The position numbers and the translations under genes were made by a program. A stretch of 64,000 nt of DNA from an uncultured Candidatus Saccharibacteria bacterium (GTDB lineage Bacteria > Patescibacteriota > Andersenbacteria > UBA10190), in NCBI GenBank assembly GCA_964359735.1, contig CAYHTZ010000002.1:22937-86936 (forward strand). The letters are read 5' to 3'. Below, piece after piece: positions 62,256 to 64,000 of the stretch (within the stretch, counting starts at the first letter, position 1; each line of letters starts with the position of its first letter). The notes under the pieces are model-generated. The model was not told where the DNA came from. It did not search any database and saw nothing but the letters and a program-made list of their open reading frames with translations.

Positions 62256-64000
62256 ATGAAGAAAGGGGCGGTTTTGCTTTTGGTGAGCTGGATGAGTTTG
62301 CTCGCCCCTGCGGTTGCACTTGCCCAAGACGCTGTCGATGCAGAGGGCAATCCCACGGGGCCAACGGAGCCTACGGGGGCCACAGGGCCAACAGGGCCGA
62401 CCGAGCCTACCGGGCCAACAGGGCCCACGGGCCCAAGTTGTGTGGGAACGGCATGTCCAGTAGAGGCCGCCAGTGAGTCCGAGGTTAGTGCCGAGAACAG
62501 CAACACCGGTCCGGATTCAACGAACACTTCTGAGACTCAGGTAGACAGTTCAACCTCCACGAGCAAGTCGAACACGGTGGATGACACAACGAATGCAACG
62601 GCGACAGGGACGACGGGAGGAAGCACTGCTAGCGATAATACGGCTACGAATGGGATTACCACGGGGAATGTCGGAGTTGGGGCAACGGTGGTTACGCAGG
62701 ACAATACCGCCTTGGTGAATGGGACAGCTGGGTTAGAAGTGGATGGCTATAAGGGTGATTATACGGGTGACTACACAGTCGGCTTCGGGGCGGGAACGGC
62801 TGACCTGTCCGACGGTGGCTCGTACAGCGCGATTAACGGTACGACGGGACAGAACTCAACGAATACGGCCGACTTAGAAGCTATCGTGAGAAGGTTCATT
62901 GAGGTGGAGAACGACGGCACAATTGAGAAGAACCTGAAATTCGTGGGGAATTCTGGTGATAATACGGCTACTAATAACACCAGCGATGCGCCCATTACGA
63001 CGGGAAATGTAGACTTAGCTGCGACCGTGGTCAACTTGCTCAACACCAATGTCATTAATGGAACGTTGATGATATCGGTCGCTGATTTCTTCGGTAACCT
63101 CATAGGTAATATTGTGCTTCCTGATTTGGCGGCCTTGGCGGCGGCATATCTGCCAGCAACTTCACCGGTCATTGAGCTTGGCAATGAGAACACCGGCCCG
63201 AACTCAACGAATACGGCCACGGTGGATTGGAAGGAGAAAGAGAAGACGAGTGTGGAGAATGATGCTCTTGTCACCACCAACGCCACCGCAGATTTAAATA
63301 CCGGTGAGAACAAAGCCGACTTGAATACGGGCGGTGGATTTGTGGACTCAGGAGATGCCAGTGCCTCACTAACGAATGTTTCTGTGGTCAACACAACAGT
63401 GGAAGGGGGCGTTTATTTCCTCGGACTCATTAATGCGTTTAATGGATTCTTTGGTGTCCTCTTCGGCCAAAATGGGGATGTGCGACTGCTCTCTCAAGAT
63501 GAGACGCTCGACATGCTGGCGAAGAATGTAAACACAGGCGAGGGTTCGGACAATAAAGCCTACGTCTCCTATGAAGAAGAAACGACTACCACCGTGGAGA
63601 ACGATGCTAAGATTACGAATAATTTGTACTTCGACGGAAACTCAGGGGGAAACACAGCCAGTAGTAATACGGGTGCAGGTACAGTCAACACAGGGAATGT
63701 CCGAGCCCAGGGCACGACCGTCAATTTTGCGAATACCACGGTGAAGGATGCCGCGCTCTTTGTGTCGGTGATCAACATCTTCGGTGATTGGTTCGGTGAC
63801 CTCTTGTATGGTGGAACGTCGCTCTTGGCCTCGGCTCGCCCGGCTAGCTCAGGGCAAGCGGTGAATGCGGAGGCAACGAATCAGAATACTGGACCGGAAT
63901 CTGAGAATATCGCGGAAGTAAATGTGGATCGCACTCAGAAAACCACTGTTGATAACGATGCTCGCCTCCGGGCGAACCTCACGGGGAATCTAAACACGGG
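62256..64000 (+). CDS. Large secreted repetitive protein: an N-terminal collagen-like GxT triplet tract, then repeated Thr/Asn/Gly-rich modules. It is 3'-truncated by the window end and absent from the ORF track because there is no stop within the window.
   Basis: Signal peptide MKKGAVLLLVSWMSLLAPAVALA. GPTEPTGATGPTGPTEPTGPTGPTGP. Recurring NTGP(D/N)STNT...TTGNV...ATVVN modules. Manual translation shows no in-frame stop to nt 64000. Confidence 0.55.
   Translation, partial: MKKGAVLLLVSWMSLLAPAVALAQDAVDAEGNPTGPTEPTGATGPTGPTEPTGPTGPTGPSCVGTACPVEAASESEVSAENSNTGPDSTNTSETQVDSSTSTSKSNTVDDTTNATATGTTGGSTASDNTATNGITTGNVGVGATVVTQDNTALVNGTAGLEVDGYKGDYTGDYTVGFGAGTADLSDGGSYSAINGTTGQNSTNTADLEAIVRRFIEVENDGTIEKNLKFVGNSGDNTATNNTSDAPITTGNVDLAATVVNLLNTNVINGTLMISVADFFGNLIGNIVLPDLAALAAAYLPATSPVIELGNENTGPNSTNTATVDWKEKEKTSVENDALVTTNATADLNTGENKADLNTGGGFVDSGDASASLTNVSVVNTTVEGGVYFLGLINAFNGFFGVLFGQNGDVRLLSQDETLDMLAKNVNTGEGSDNKAYVSYEEETTTTVENDAKITNNLYFDGNSGGNTASSNTGAGTVNTGNVRAQGTTVNFANTTVKDAALFVSVINIFGDWFGDLLYGGTSLLASARPASSGQAVNAEATNQNTGPESENIAEVNVDRTQKTTVDNDARLRANLTGNLNT
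62352..62441 (+). repeat. 9-bp tandem repeat encoding the collagen-like (G-P/E/A-T)n tract.
   Basis: ggg cca acg / gag cct acg / ggg gcc aca... about 10 units. Confidence 0.6.

Noticed and set aside
62252-63394. Minus-strand ORFs 62252-62527 (PVGPVG repeats), 62771-63394 and 63569-63778.
   Set aside because: They are shadows of the long plus-strand collagen-like repeat gene. The PVG repeats are the reverse-complement reading of the GPT codons.
1-64000. Search for CRISPR arrays, tRNA/rRNA genes and integrase/transposase genes.
   Set aside because: No regularly spaced direct repeats with unique spacers, no cloverleaf-like sequences in any spacer, and no recombinase-like ORF were seen. The repeats present are hairpin or heptamer elements and coding tandem repeats instead.

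Overview
High-GC (~57%) bacterial chromosomal segment centred on the replication-origin gene block. The set of gene families suggests a CPR/Patescibacteria-like organism, although no single family here is diagnostic on its own. On the minus strand the origin block reads rpmH-rnpA-yidD-yidC-jag; on the plus strand it reads dnaA-dnaN-recF-DUF721. Perfect DnaA boxes lie upstream of dnaA, and there is an AT-rich candidate unwinding element between dnaA and dnaN. The left flank holds a VirB4-like ATPase fragment with a pilin-like gene, followed by a surface-glycan cluster: two O-antigen-ligase-like paralogs, three GT2 glycosyltransferases and a Wzx flippase. The right flank carries a class A PBP, a RimK-like ATP-grasp/retropepsin fusion next to a 7TM protein, ruvC, a yebC-family gene, ruvB, a lamin-tail-domain surface protein, a YvcK-like gene, a low-GC gene for a PEP-utilizer swivel-domain protein, pilB, uppP, tsaE and polA. 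Further right are a cluster of small Pro-rich secreted proteins, a CAP-domain protein and a processive GT2. Next comes a SipW signal-peptidase locus with three TasA-like substrates, one carrying a lamin-tail extension and one an RTX extension, followed by a beta-helix protein and MacAB-like efflux genes. The window ends with two tandem RND permeases and very repetitive secreted proteins, the last with a collagen-like GPT repeat and running off the window end. Two dispersed hairpin-forming repeat families are visible. One is a CCTT-NNN-AAGG-core palindromic element found between genes and also in-frame inside coding sequences. The other is a CAGTRNN heptamer-array palindromic element. No rRNA, tRNA or CRISPR array was recognisable. 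All calls rest on reading the translations and the DNA by eye, without similarity searches.
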